Shown here piece by piece: positions 47,950 through 56,903 of a stretch of DNA of 64,000 nt (its first letter is position 1; each line of letters begins with the position of its first letter). Source of the stretch: an uncultured Gammaproteobacteria bacterium (GTDB lineage: Bacteria; Pseudomonadota; Gammaproteobacteria; Steroidobacterales; UBA11654); contig CACDKD010000007.1 of assembly GCA_902553145.1 (NCBI GenBank), positions 7,726 to 71,725 on the forward strand, given 5' to 3'. The notes under the pieces are model-generated. The model saw nothing but the letters and a program-made list of their open reading frames with translations, was not told the origin of the DNA and ran no database searches. Position numbers and translations under genes: made by a program.

Positions 47950-49850
47950 TGATAAGCCTCCTCGTTCCTTTTGTTTAAAAATACCCTGATCAAACCGCCC
48001 AGCATCATAACAATCGGCCCATACCAAATAAGCCTCAAAAGTGGCTTGTATTGGAGATGCATGCTCCATGAACCGCCTCCAATGTCCTCACCGACTGCAA
48101 TGAATAGATCCCTAAAGAGATTTGCCTCTATTCCGGCCTCAGTCATTGCCATGGATGATGAGTCGTATACTCTTTTCTCTGGATAGACAGTCTGAATGTA
48201 TTTCCCGTCTTTAGTGATTTCTATGGAAGCGAATTGTGCAAGATAGTTTGGTCCATTGCGTTTACCAATTTCTGTGAGCTTAAATTCATAATCGCCCACT
48301 CGCGAAGATTGTTCGATGCTCATGCTGTCATCAAAAGTAATTCCGTAAGAACTCGTTACTGTTATGCCAAGGATCATCAAACCTAAACCAATGTGTCCAA
48401 GCATCATCGGCATAAAAACTAGGGTCTTTTTAATTGAGAATTGATTTCTAATGAGTGGCGAAATTCCTGTAATCATCGTCCAAAGGGCCAAATAAATACC
48501 CACCAGCGTTAACAAAGATGACCATCCATAGATGAATGGAAATGCAAGTCCAAGAGCGAGCGATAAAAAAAGGATGGGCAATACTTTTTTTAAGATATTT
48601 TTCGAATCATTGCGCCAGTTTGAAAACACGGCGATGCCGATGAAAATCAGCAGAGGGATGAATGGAAAGAGAATGACAAAATTGAAATAAGGAGGACCCA
48701 CTGAAATTTTTCCAAGATCAAGCATTTCAAGGATCAATGGATATACCGTTCCTATTAGAACCAAGCCCGCTGAAGCACAAAGAAAAACATTGTTCAAAAG
48801 CAGTAGGGACTCTCTAGAAAAAGGATGCAGTTTTTCTGATCTGTTTTTCTTTTGTTTGATCGAATAAATGATCAATGCCGATCCCGTGAAAAAGGCGAGC
48901 AACATTAATATAAATAACCCTCTTTGCGGATCAGAGGCAAAGGAATGAACGGAAATCAACACGCCAGAACGAACCAAAAAAGTCCCCAAAAGACTTAGAG
49001 AAAAAGCAGTGATGGCAAGAAGTATACTGAAGCCATTGAACAGTCCTCTCTTTTCAGTAATGATGAGAGAATGCATCAATGCCGTTGCAACAAACCAAGG
49101 CATCAGTGAGGCGTTTTCGACCGGATCCCAGAACCACCAACCGCCCCAGCCTAACTCGTAATATGCCCACCAACTTCCAAGTGCAATACCGCCTGTGAGG
49201 AACATCCAAGACAGAATGGTCCAGCTTCTCGCATGCTTTGCCCACTGATGATTATTCACCGTCAACAGCGATGCAACTGCAAGGGAAAAAGGGACGGCTA
49301 GTCCAACGTAACCTGCGTAGAGAGTGGGAGGATGAATCACCAATGCAGGATCCTGCAAGAGCGGATTGAGTCCCCTTCCCTGAATTGGGATTGGCAGTAA
49401 GCGTTCGAACGGATTTGAAGTGTAGAGAATAAAAATAAGAAAACCGAGACTGATTAAGCCCAGTATTGAAAGCGACTGAATTCTCAACTCTGGCAATGAT
49501 TTAAGGGCTTTATCTTTTGAGAGAAATAGTGTCCAAACTGCAAGAATTAAGACCCAAAGCAATAAGGATCCTTCATGACCACCCCATACGGCTGCAAATT
49601 TATACGCAATTGGCAATGCTGTATTGGAGTTTGAAGCAACGTACAAGACTGAGAAATCATCTTGAAGAAAAGAGGTGGTTAGAAGACCAAAGCAGATTAT
49701 TAAAAAAAATGTTTGTATTGCTGTTGTTCGCTCAACAAATAACTCTATGTTGGGGATATTTTTTGATAATGAACTGATTCCACCAAGAAACTGAAGCAAA
49801 GCAGACGCCAGAGCCGCAACCAAAAAAACTTGGCCTAACTCAGGAATCAT
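47946..49850 (-). CDS. ccmF: Heme lyase subunit CcmF
   Basis: WGGHEGSLLLW, HPP, WAYYELGWGGWWFWDPVEN and SVHSFA motifs. Confidence 0.97.
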   Translation of the reverse strand: MIPELGQVFLVAALASALLQFLGGISSLSKNIPNIELFVERTTAIQTFFLIICFGLLTTSFLQDDFSVLYVASNSNTALPIAYKFAAVWGGHEGSLLLWVLILAVWTLFLSKDKALKSLPELRIQSLSILGLISLGFLIFILYTSNPFERLLPIPIQGRGLNPLLQDPALVIHPPTLYAGYVGLAVPFSLAVASLLTVNNHQWAKHARSWTILSWMFLTGGIALGSWWAYYELGWGGWWFWDPVENASLMPWFVATALMHSLIITEKRGLFNGFSILLAITAFSLSLLGTFLVRSGVLISVHSFASDPQRGLFILMLLAFFTGSALIIYSIKQKKNRSEKLHPFSRESLLLLNNVFLCASAGLVLIGTVYPLILEMLDLGKISVGPPYFNFVILFPFIPLLIFIGIAVFSNWRNDSKNILKKVLPILFLSLALGLAFPFIYGWSSLLTLVGIYLALWTMITGISPLIRNQFSIKKTLVFMPMMLGHIGLGLMILGITVTSSYGITFDDSMSIEQSSRVGDYEFKLTEIGKRNGPNYLAQFASIEITKDGKYIQTVYPEKRVYDSSSMAMTEAGIEANLFRDLFIAVGEDIGGGSWSMHLQYKPLLRLIWYGPIVMMLGGLIRVFLNKRNEEAYQ

Positions 49851-50269
49851 GAGGTTGACTCTTTTAAAGCATGAATATCAGGAGGCATATAATTTTCATC
49901 GTGTTTTGCGAGTACCTCGGTTGCAATGAATATCTTCATTTTATCAAATTTACCTGTGACTATAATGCCCTGCCCCTCTCTGAATAAATCAGGCAATATT
50001 CCAATATAATTCACCTCAACACTCTCAATCCCATCGGTCAATACAAATCTGGACTGAAGACTGCCGTCTTTTCTTTTAAAACTCCCTACCTCTACCAAGC
50101 CTCCGATCCGGAATTTTGATTGATCATCGTCTATTTTCTTGATTGCTTCGCTCGGTGTCACATAGTACAGAAGATTGTCTTGGAACGAAGATAAAATCAG
50201 TGTAATTGCGACAGTCACGCCGATGAGTGTGACCAAAATCCCAAGTAATCTTTTGTGACGAGGTAACAT
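49847..50269 (-). CDS. ccmE: Heme chaperone CcmE
   Basis: LPDLFREGQG and LAKHDENYMP motifs. Confidence 0.96.
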   Translation of the reverse strand: MLPRHKRLLGILVTLIGVTVAITLILSSFQDNLLYYVTPSEAIKKIDDDQSKFRIGGLVEVGSFKRKDGSLQSRFVLTDGIESVEVNYIGILPDLFREGQGIIVTGKFDKMKIFIATEVLAKHDENYMPPDIHALKESTS

Positions 50270-50270
50270 C

Positions 50271-50420
50271 TTATTTTGGCTTATTCATATTTCTTATCGC
50301 GCTAGTCGCATCTTTGTGCTTCTTTTTTGCATCAAAATAGGTCAAAAAAAGAGCGAGCATAGAAACAAATACAGAACTCCATACATAAAAGTTATAGTCG
50401 CCCATGTCAAAAATACTCAT
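50271..50420 (-). CDS. ccmD: Heme exporter protein CcmD (49 aa, absent from the ORF track)
   Basis: Translated by hand as MSIFDMGDYNFYVWSSVFVSMLALFLTYFDAKKKHKDATSAIRNMNKPK. MGxYxFYVW motif, one TM and basic tail, located between ccmC and ccmE. Confidence 0.9.
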   Translation of the reverse strand: MSIFDMGDYNFYVWSSVFVSMLALFLTYFDAKKKHKDATSAIRNMNKPK

Positions 50421-50430
50421 ACCGATATCC

Positions 50431-51159
50431 TCAAACCTCTTTCACCCAATTTGACCTTTTTTCTCTCATCAATACTTCGGCAGAACCGCCTCTGCAGATG
50501 ACGCCTATAAAAAAGATCATGTACCCGATGATCATTAATAAAAGTGGCCATAACATTTCGCCAACTATTGAAGGAGAGTCAAGCTTTGAAATCGTTGAAG
50601 CTTGATGAAGGGTATTCCACCAAACAACGGAATAGTGAATAATTGGCAAATTAATAATCCCTAAAATTGCCAACAATGATGCAGCGCGATCGGCTTTTTT
50701 TTGCTCTTTTATTGTTGCGTGAAGTGTGATGTAACCGAAATAAAGCAAAAGGAGAATAAATTCAGAGGTGAGTCTTGCATCCCACACCCAGGCAGTGCCC
50801 CACATTGGCTTGCCCCACAACATTCCTGTAATGAGTGCGACAGCAGTCATTAATGCACCAAAGGGTGCGATGCTTTTGGCTACAGCGAAAGCCACGTTTG
50901 ACCTCCAAACAATCCCTATGATTGAGGCAATACCCATAGCAGCGTAAGCACTCATAGATAAATAAGCGCTCGGCACGTGAAAATATATGATTCGAAATGC
51001 ATCGCCCATTTGATAATCTTTCGGTGCTACAAAAAGTCCTCCAATCGATCCAATCGCAATCAAAAAGAGTCCCAAAGATAGACACCAAGGCTCTAACTTC
51101 ATCGCAAATCTATAAAAATTTGGAGGGGATCCGTACTTATAAATCTTTTTTAAATTCAT
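50431..51159 (-). CDS. ccmC: Heme exporter protein CcmC
   Basis: YFHVP, WGKPMWGTAWVWDARLTS and WWNTLHQ motifs. Confidence 0.96.
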   Translation of the reverse strand: MNLKKIYKYGSPPNFYRFAMKLEPWCLSLGLFLIAIGSIGGLFVAPKDYQMGDAFRIIYFHVPSAYLSMSAYAAMGIASIIGIVWRSNVAFAVAKSIAPFGALMTAVALITGMLWGKPMWGTAWVWDARLTSEFILLLLYFGYITLHATIKEQKKADRAASLLAILGIINLPIIHYSVVWWNTLHQASTISKLDSPSIVGEMLWPLLLMIIGYMIFFIGVICRGGSAEVLMREKRSNWVKEV

Positions 51160-51162
51160 GTC

Positions 51163-51828
51163 CTAATCCATCGAAATCTTGAGAGCTGAGGCTGTAATCC
51201 ATGGCCCAAGAAAGAAACTGAGCATCATCATACCCGTAAGAAAATATAGTGGTCCAGAAATATCCGCCCCTAAAATTGAATTCTCTATGGTTTTGGATCC
51301 AAAGATTAAAATTGGCAGTGTGATCGGTGTAATAATTAAGGTCATCAGAGCGCCAGGATATCTTATACCAAGGGTAATTGCGGCAGTGAAAGCATTGATA
51401 TGAACCATTGTTAGTGTAGACAAAACCAAAGTCAGCTGAATGATTAAAATACCGCTAGCAGAGACAAAATAAATCGATGCAGTCAAACCCGAGATCAAAA
51501 TCAAAGGCAATGATGTGAACAGCCAATAAGCAATGGTCTTTGTCAGGATCAAACTTACAAATGATCCTTTTGAGAGCATTAATTGCTCAATCGTTCCATT
51601 CTGAAAGTCCGGTTTAAACATATTTTGCATAGAAAGCATTGATGCAAAAAAAGCAGAGAACATCATGATTGGGCCCACAATGGTCAATAAAAATTCTTTA
51701 TTTGAATCGCTGATAAGAGGAAATAGTATTGCTATGAGGAAAAATAAAATAAAGCCAGTGAGTGCATCTGTCCATCGTTTAAAAGCAACGCTTATTTCTC
51801 GTGAAAATAATTGGAAATAAATATTCAT
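51163..51828 (-). CDS. ccmB: Heme exporter protein CcmB
   Basis: DFQNGTIEQL and P..LPILIFG motifs; start at ATG 51828 overlapping the ccmA stop. Confidence 0.92.
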   Translation of the reverse strand: MNIYFQLFSREISVAFKRWTDALTGFILFFLIAILFPLISDSNKEFLLTIVGPIMMFSAFFASMLSMQNMFKPDFQNGTIEQLMLSKGSFVSLILTKTIAYWLFTSLPLILISGLTASIYFVSASGILIIQLTLVLSTLTMVHINAFTAAITLGIRYPGALMTLIITPITLPILIFGSKTIENSILGADISGPLYFLTGMMMLSFFLGPWITASALKISMD

Positions 51829-52439
51829 CCCGACTCCAAAATAATTTCTAGTTTGGAAAGTTGAGACAAGTCTCCTTGATTTGACGTTCGAATAATCATC
51901 CCATGCCTCTGAAGATGCAGATCCATTTTTAATGCGAGAAACTCCTTTGAGGCATCGTCTAGGTTGGCAAACGGTTCGTCCATTATCCAAATCGATCTTC
52001 CAGATGAAATGAGACAGATTAAGGCAACCTTTTTTGCTTGTCCACTGGATAGAGTCTCAACCGGATTTTGCATGCATGAATCTAAATCAAATCCAAAAAT
52101 CAATTCGTCTAGTTGAGTCAAATCAGAAATATTGGGATTCATTCTAAGATTATCAATCGCCGAGATCTCCCCAATCAAACCGTTCTTATGCCCTAGATAT
52201 GCAACCTCATTCTGAAAAGTCGAGTCAATGTCATTTATTGAAATCTTGTTCCAGGTAATTCTTCCCGAACTCAATTCGGTAAAACCACAAATCGACCTAA
52301 CTAAACTGGTCTTGCCGCTCCCATTTGCTCCCTTGATGAGAACATGCTGACCGTCGCTGACATGAAAATCAATATCAATAAATATTGGAAAATCGTCTCG
52401 ATATAGGCTTGCATCCTGAATTTCTAAAAGGTTGGATAT
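51825..52439 (-). CDS. ccmA: Heme ABC exporter ATP-binding protein CcmA; probable ATA start
   Basis: Frame extends 55 codons upstream of the track ORF and includes Walker A GANGSGKTS; also YLGH, LSSGQ and WIMDEPF. AAGGAG lies 7 nt before ATA 52439. Confidence 0.9.
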   Translation of the reverse strand: MSNLLEIQDASLYRDDFPIFIDIDFHVSDGQHVLIKGANGSGKTSLVRSICGFTELSSGRITWNKISINDIDSTFQNEVAYLGHKNGLIGEISAIDNLRMNPNISDLTQLDELIFGFDLDSCMQNPVETLSSGQAKKVALICLISSGRSIWIMDEPFANLDDASKEFLALKMDLHLQRHGMIIRTSNQGDLSQLSKLEIILESG

Positions 52440-52450
52440 ATTGTAGCTCC

Positions 52451-53455
52451 TTATGAACCGTCGCTGATATCAATGACAATTTTTCCAAAATGAGATCCGG
52501 AGGACATGCCATATATTTCATTGATCGCCTTATCCATGCCGACTGTCTTACCGATCACTGGGTGGATCTCATGCTTTTCCATGAAATTATTCAACTCCAT
52601 ATGATCCTCTCTACTGCCAACCGTAATTCCATGCACATGCACATTCTTAAACACCATCTGCATCAGATTTAGCTCAACATTGATCCCGCCGAGGGCTCCT
52701 ATGACGCTGATATGACCACCGATTCTGAGCGCATTGAGTGTTTGAGGAAACGTAGACTCACCGCCAATCTCAATGACTAAATTGACCCCGCCATTGGATA
52801 GTGAGAACGCCTCACTCCCCCACTCAGGATTTTCATTGTAATTAATGGTGTGATCGGCTCCCAATTCTTTCGCTCGTTCAAGTTTTTCATTGCTGCTTGA
52901 TGTAATGATCACATTTGCATCCATCGCCTTTAGAATTTGCAAGGCCAGAATGGAAACGCCTCCCGTTCCTAAGAGCAACACCGAGTCTCCGGATCCAATA
53001 TTGGCTGCCTTGATGCAAGTCCAAGCTGTCACTGCAGCGCATGGCATGGTTGATGCTTCTTGATAAGTCATGTACTCGGGAATAGGCAGGATTGCCTCCT
53101 TGGGTAGAACGGCATACTCCGTGAGGACTCCCCCTGCATCTGAGCCAGTTGAAACCATTCTGTTGCTGTTGTTTTCATTCCAATCCTGCCAAAAAACAGA
53201 CATCACGCGGTCGCCCACATTAAATTCAGTGACATCATTTCCTACTGACACGATCTCTCCTGCGCCATCAGAAAGGGGCACGAGGGGCAACTCAATGTTT
53301 GGATTATAAAGCCCTTTGGCAATCATGAAGTCTCTGAAATTCAGGGATGCAGCGTGTACTTTTATGACCACTTCACCAATGCATGGAGACGGCGTCCCCC
53401 TTTCAGTATGTTGAAACCCATCGTCGCCAAAATTGTGTAATTCTATTAATTTCAT
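52451..53455 (-). CDS. NAD(P)-dependent MDR oxidoreductase (zinc-ADH-like, quinone-reductase type)
   Basis: ASLNFRD, PLSDGAG, CAAVTAW, GTGGVS and HFGKIVI motifs. Confidence 0.88.
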   Translation of the reverse strand: MKLIELHNFGDDGFQHTERGTPSPCIGEVVIKVHAASLNFRDFMIAKGLYNPNIELPLVPLSDGAGEIVSVGNDVTEFNVGDRVMSVFWQDWNENNSNRMVSTGSDAGGVLTEYAVLPKEAILPIPEYMTYQEASTMPCAAVTAWTCIKAANIGSGDSVLLLGTGGVSILALQILKAMDANVIITSSSNEKLERAKELGADHTINYNENPEWGSEAFSLSNGGVNLVIEIGGESTFPQTLNALRIGGHISVIGALGGINVELNLMQMVFKNVHVHGITVGSREDHMELNNFMEKHEIHPVIGKTVGMDKAINEIYGMSSGSHFGKIVIDISDGS

Positions 53456-53537
53456 CTGTCTCTACCTTTGTTTTATTTCAACAAGATATGTTAATACAGG
53501 TGATGATGATTTGCTTAGATTTGAATGATAATCTTTT

Positions 53538-53583
53538 AAAAAAAACTAAGGCCAATCCTGTCAGGGGTTCGGATCGGCCTTAG
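53538..53583 (-). terminator. Rho-independent terminator of the Spy-like gene
   Basis: CTAAGGCC(A)ATCC...GGAT(C)GGCCTTAG stem with an A8 run on the + strand, giving a U-tract on the - strand. Confidence 0.7.
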
Positions 53584-53612
53584 CTATGGTTCTGCCTTAT
53601 TGGCAAATTTTT

Positions 53613-54050
53613 TTAACGTCGCTTCTTCTTATGTCCTTTATGTCGTTTGCTGCCTCTTTTCTTTTTTCCTTTGCCATGACGTTTCATCTTTCCATCACGC
53701 ATATTGTCTTTTCGGTTTTCCATTCGTTTAGAGTTCTTATCGAATCGAGCCATTTGTTCTTCTGAAAGAATTGAAGAAAGCTTTTTATGGGTTCCCTTTT
53801 TGAGATCGTCCATTGCTTCCAATGATTCTTCTCTCATCTCGGCTCTAATCTTTCTTCCTTCTTTGATGCTGGCAGTCATAATCGATTTGACTTCTTTCCT
53901 TTGATCGACAGTTAAGTCCATGTCTTTAAATAACATCCTTACCGGCGAACGATCATAGTGATTATGTGCATAAGCATTATTTAGAAGAGAGGTTGTTCCT
54001 AATAACAATATTGCCCCAATCGCAAATGATTTGATTTTTATGCTTCTCAT
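53613..54050 (-). CDS. Spy/CpxP-family periplasmic protein
   Basis: Signal peptide ending AYA; LTVDQ and ILSEEQ (LTxxQ) motifs; divergent from baeSR. Start is uncertain (54050 or 54062). Confidence 0.75.
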   Translation of the reverse strand: MRSIKIKSFAIGAILLLGTTSLLNNAYAHNHYDRSPVRMLFKDMDLTVDQRKEVKSIMTASIKEGRKIRAEMREESLEAMDDLKKGTHKKLSSILSEEQMARFDKNSKRMENRKDNMRDGKMKRHGKGKKKRGSKRHKGHKKKRR

Positions 54051-54098
54051 CCACTGCTCCAATAATAATTTGATGCTTACTATTCTTCACTTAAATGT

Positions 54099-54125
54099 TG
54101 AAGTAAATATGAAGAAAAGATGAAT
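54099..54125. promoter_or_regulatory. Candidate BaeR/OmpR-family binding direct repeats
   Basis: TGAAG, TGAAG and TGAAT at 54099, 54110 and 54121 (11-bp period), between the divergent spy-like gene and baeS. Confidence 0.5.
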
Positions 54126-54181
54126 TGTAAATTTAAACTGTAATAATGAATTTATAATTTGTCGTATTAATGAGTTTGTGA

Positions 54182-55636
54182 GTGAAAATTTTTCCAAAAT
54201 TCTTTCTTTCCTATTGGCTCAGCTTTTGTGCTGTAACGCTGATGATATTTGCCGTAGGGACCTATACGTTTGAACGTGATTTATTTCAATTTGTCACCAG
54301 AATTGAAACAGCTCAATTACAAACATTTGCATCTGAAATTGAAGATTATTTTGCAGAGGTCCAGACTTGGGACTTTCTCAAAGAAAACCCAAGAATGGCT
54401 GACCTCATTTTGAGGCAAAGACGTTCATTTGATGAAAACCTCATCATCCTGCCAAATGTTTTAAATGAGAGAAGAAGATTTAGATTTTCTTTCAATAAAA
54501 ATCAAGACATAGAAAGGCCGGGTAGATTATATCTCTTGGATGAAAATTTAGAGGTTGTCATTGGCAATGAGACCATTCTCAATGAGATTTCTGCAAATCA
54601 AGCAATAGATATGGTCCTAGAAGAACAATTCATACTGTCTCCAATCAATTTTGAAAATAATCAAGTAGGGACCCTCGCATTGCTCATTTCTGAGAGATTG
54701 TATGAGGAAATTGATTTGGCTTTTGCTAGATCCAATAATCAAACACTTCGATTTTCAGCGATAGCTGGACTCCTTTTTGCAGCAATCATCTCGCTGGTAC
54801 TGACAATGAATATGACTGGACCTATCAGGAAATTGGGACGAGGTACAAGAAGCTTGATCAGTGGTGAATTTAAAACGAGAGTATCCATAAAAAATAGGGA
54901 CGAGCTAGGAAAGTTATCGAGAGACTTCAATATATTGGCTAAAACATTGGATAAAAATTCCGAATCCCAAAAACAATGGCTTGCCGATATTTCTCATGAG
55001 CTCAGAACTCCCATAGCAATCCTCAAAAGCGAACTGGAAGCTGTGGAAGACGGAATAAGGGAGTTTGATAAAGAAACACTTCAATCGCTTACTCATGAAG
55101 TCAAAAGAATCAATAATCTTGTGAATGATTTATATGAACTCACGCTTGCTGATTTGGGTGCAATGAAATATCAAATGAGAGAAATGAATATTGGTTCGTG
55201 TTTAAAAGAGGTGATTGAATCCCATCGAGAGAGACTGGAATCGTCTGGAATTATAATAAATGAATCCATTGATACAGAAGTTTCTTTTCTGGGGGATAGT
55301 TATCGATTAGAGCAGTTATTTACCAATCTCATTGAAAATACACTTAGATATACAGACTCGCCTGGCAAACTTGAAATTCTCCTTTCCGAGAATAAGGAAA
55401 AAATATTGATTACCTTCAATGACTCGGCTCCGAGTGTTGATCATGATGTTTTAGACAAAATATTTGATCGCTTCTTCAGAGAGGAGCTATCCAGGTCTAG
55501 AGAAAAAGGTGGCGCGGGTCTTGGTTTAGCGATTTGCCATGAAATTGTTGAAGCACACTCTGGAGAAATAAAAGCGATACCATCCGATTACGGCGGCCTA
55601 TCCGTTCAGATCACATTGCCCAAAGGTGTCTCATGA
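54182..55636 (+). CDS. baeS: Sensor histidine kinase, BaeS-like
   Basis: Two TMs, HAMP domain, DISHELRTP, NLIENTLRYTD, DSAP and GGAGLGLAI motifs. Confidence 0.85.
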   Translation: MKIFPKFFLSYWLSFCAVTLMIFAVGTYTFERDLFQFVTRIETAQLQTFASEIEDYFAEVQTWDFLKENPRMADLILRQRRSFDENLIILPNVLNERRRFRFSFNKNQDIERPGRLYLLDENLEVVIGNETILNEISANQAIDMVLEEQFILSPINFENNQVGTLALLISERLYEEIDLAFARSNNQTLRFSAIAGLLFAAIISLVLTMNMTGPIRKLGRGTRSLISGEFKTRVSIKNRDELGKLSRDFNILAKTLDKNSESQKQWLADISHELRTPIAILKSELEAVEDGIREFDKETLQSLTHEVKRINNLVNDLYELTLADLGAMKYQMREMNIGSCLKEVIESHRERLESSGIIINESIDTEVSFLGDSYRLEQLFTNLIENTLRYTDSPGKLEILLSENKEKILITFNDSAPSVDHDVLDKIFDRFFREELSRSREKGGAGLGLAICHEIVEAHSGEIKAIPSDYGGLSVQITLPKGVS

Positions 55637-56304
55637 AACATGTCTTAATCGTTGAAGATGAAAAAAAACTCGCCGATATTTTGATTGCATATCTAAACAA
55701 GGAGGAGTTTAGAGTGACACACTATGAATCAGGAAGTGGAGTTAGCGATTGGGTCAAAAACAACCAACCCAATATCATTCTGCTTGATTTGATGTTGCCC
55801 GATGTAAACGGAAAGGATTTGTGTAAAGAAATCAGGCAGTTTTCAACGGTGCCAATCATTATGGTCACAGCAATGATCGATGAAATTGATCGACTCATAG
55901 GTCTTGAATTGGGAGCGGATGACTATGTTTGCAAGCCCTTCAGTCCAAAAGAAGTTGTGGCAAGAGTCAAGGCGGTCCTCAGGAGATCCGAAGGAGATTT
56001 TAATCAAGGTGAAATATACGATGCATTTGAAGTGAATGATGAAACATACTCAATAAAATTGCATGGAGATAGATTGGATCTGACACCAGTTGAATTCAGA
56101 TTGCTAAAAATGTTTATTCAAAGTCCAGGGAGAGTATTTAACCGCGATCAAATTCTAGACAATATCTTCGAGGACGGAAGGATTGTTTTAGATAGAACAG
56201 TTGATACACACGTCAAAAACTTAAGACATAAACTAAAAACAGCCTCGCCAGAGCACGACTATGTTAGATCTGTGTATGGGATTGGCTACAGCTTTGAAAT
56301 CTAA
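55633..56304 (+). CDS. baeR: Response regulator, BaeR-like (OmpR family)
   Basis: EDE, LDLMLP, GADDYVCKPFSP, RTVDTHVKNLR and SVYGIGY motifs. Confidence 0.88.
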   Translation: MKHVLIVEDEKKLADILIAYLNKEEFRVTHYESGSGVSDWVKNNQPNIILLDLMLPDVNGKDLCKEIRQFSTVPIIMVTAMIDEIDRLIGLELGADDYVCKPFSPKEVVARVKAVLRRSEGDFNQGEIYDAFEVNDETYSIKLHGDRLDLTPVEFRLLKMFIQSPGRVFNRDQILDNIFEDGRIVLDRTVDTHVKNLRHKLKTASPEHDYVRSVYGIGYSFEI

Positions 56305-56895
56305 TTACTCTTTTCTGAAAATCCTATAAGGCTCGTAGTCCTCAAGTATTCCGTAATCGCCGCTGTATTCATAGCCAAAATAATTTTCGAAAAGAAAGAT
56401 CTTTGGTGGAAAAAATGTAAACGTTGAAAACATGAGCGTCATGGTGACGTAACCAGCAAGAATGCTTTTCTTTTTTGGGAGCTCCATTGGCGGTTTCACC
56501 ATGATCTTATATGAAACAATCGAGGCCAATACCAATCCGATAACCATAGTCGTGAGATCCATGACAAAGAAGCCCTGGCCATAAAGGGGTAAGGATATTG
56601 CAAGATAGCCGTAGAATGAAAGAGTAATCCCAAGCGGAGTAACAATCAGTGAAGCCAGCTTCGCGTACCAGTAATTATTGGCAATATCTCTTGTGTATGT
56701 GTATTGAACCAGAGCATAAATTAAGCCCGGCCAAAAATACATTTTAAGATGCTCCCATACACTTTCATTGACTGCAGAAATGAACGCGAGCGGTGTCCAG
56801 AATTCACTTAATTCAAATGAAAAATGTAATGCTGAGCCAGCTAGCACAACCCAAATAAAGCTACCAATTTCCCACGCGATCAATCTAATTTTCAT
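56305..56895 (-). CDS. Membrane protein resembling DUF6512 family
   Basis: GSALHF and VNESVWEHLK motifs; about 5 TMs. Confidence 0.7.
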   Translation of the reverse strand: MKIRLIAWEIGSFIWVVLAGSALHFSFELSEFWTPLAFISAVNESVWEHLKMYFWPGLIYALVQYTYTRDIANNYWYAKLASLIVTPLGITLSFYGYLAISLPLYGQGFFVMDLTTMVIGLVLASIVSYKIMVKPPMELPKKKSILAGYVTMTLMFSTFTFFPPKIFLFENYFGYEYSGDYGILEDYEPYRIFRKE

Positions 56896-56903
56896 AATTC
56901 TTC

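Noticed and set aside
8356-51990. Long N-terminal extensions in the ORF track (8356, 16739, 23717, 28403, 41268, 45702, 46069, 48069, 51990)
   Set aside because: They overlap neighbouring genes or terminators, or precede a better start; downstream ATGs give proper RBS spacing, signal peptides or family-typical lengths.
51825-52274. ccmA as a truncated pseudogene
   Set aside because: The reading frame is uninterrupted through Walker A up to an SD-positioned ATA, and the rest of the ccm operon is intact.
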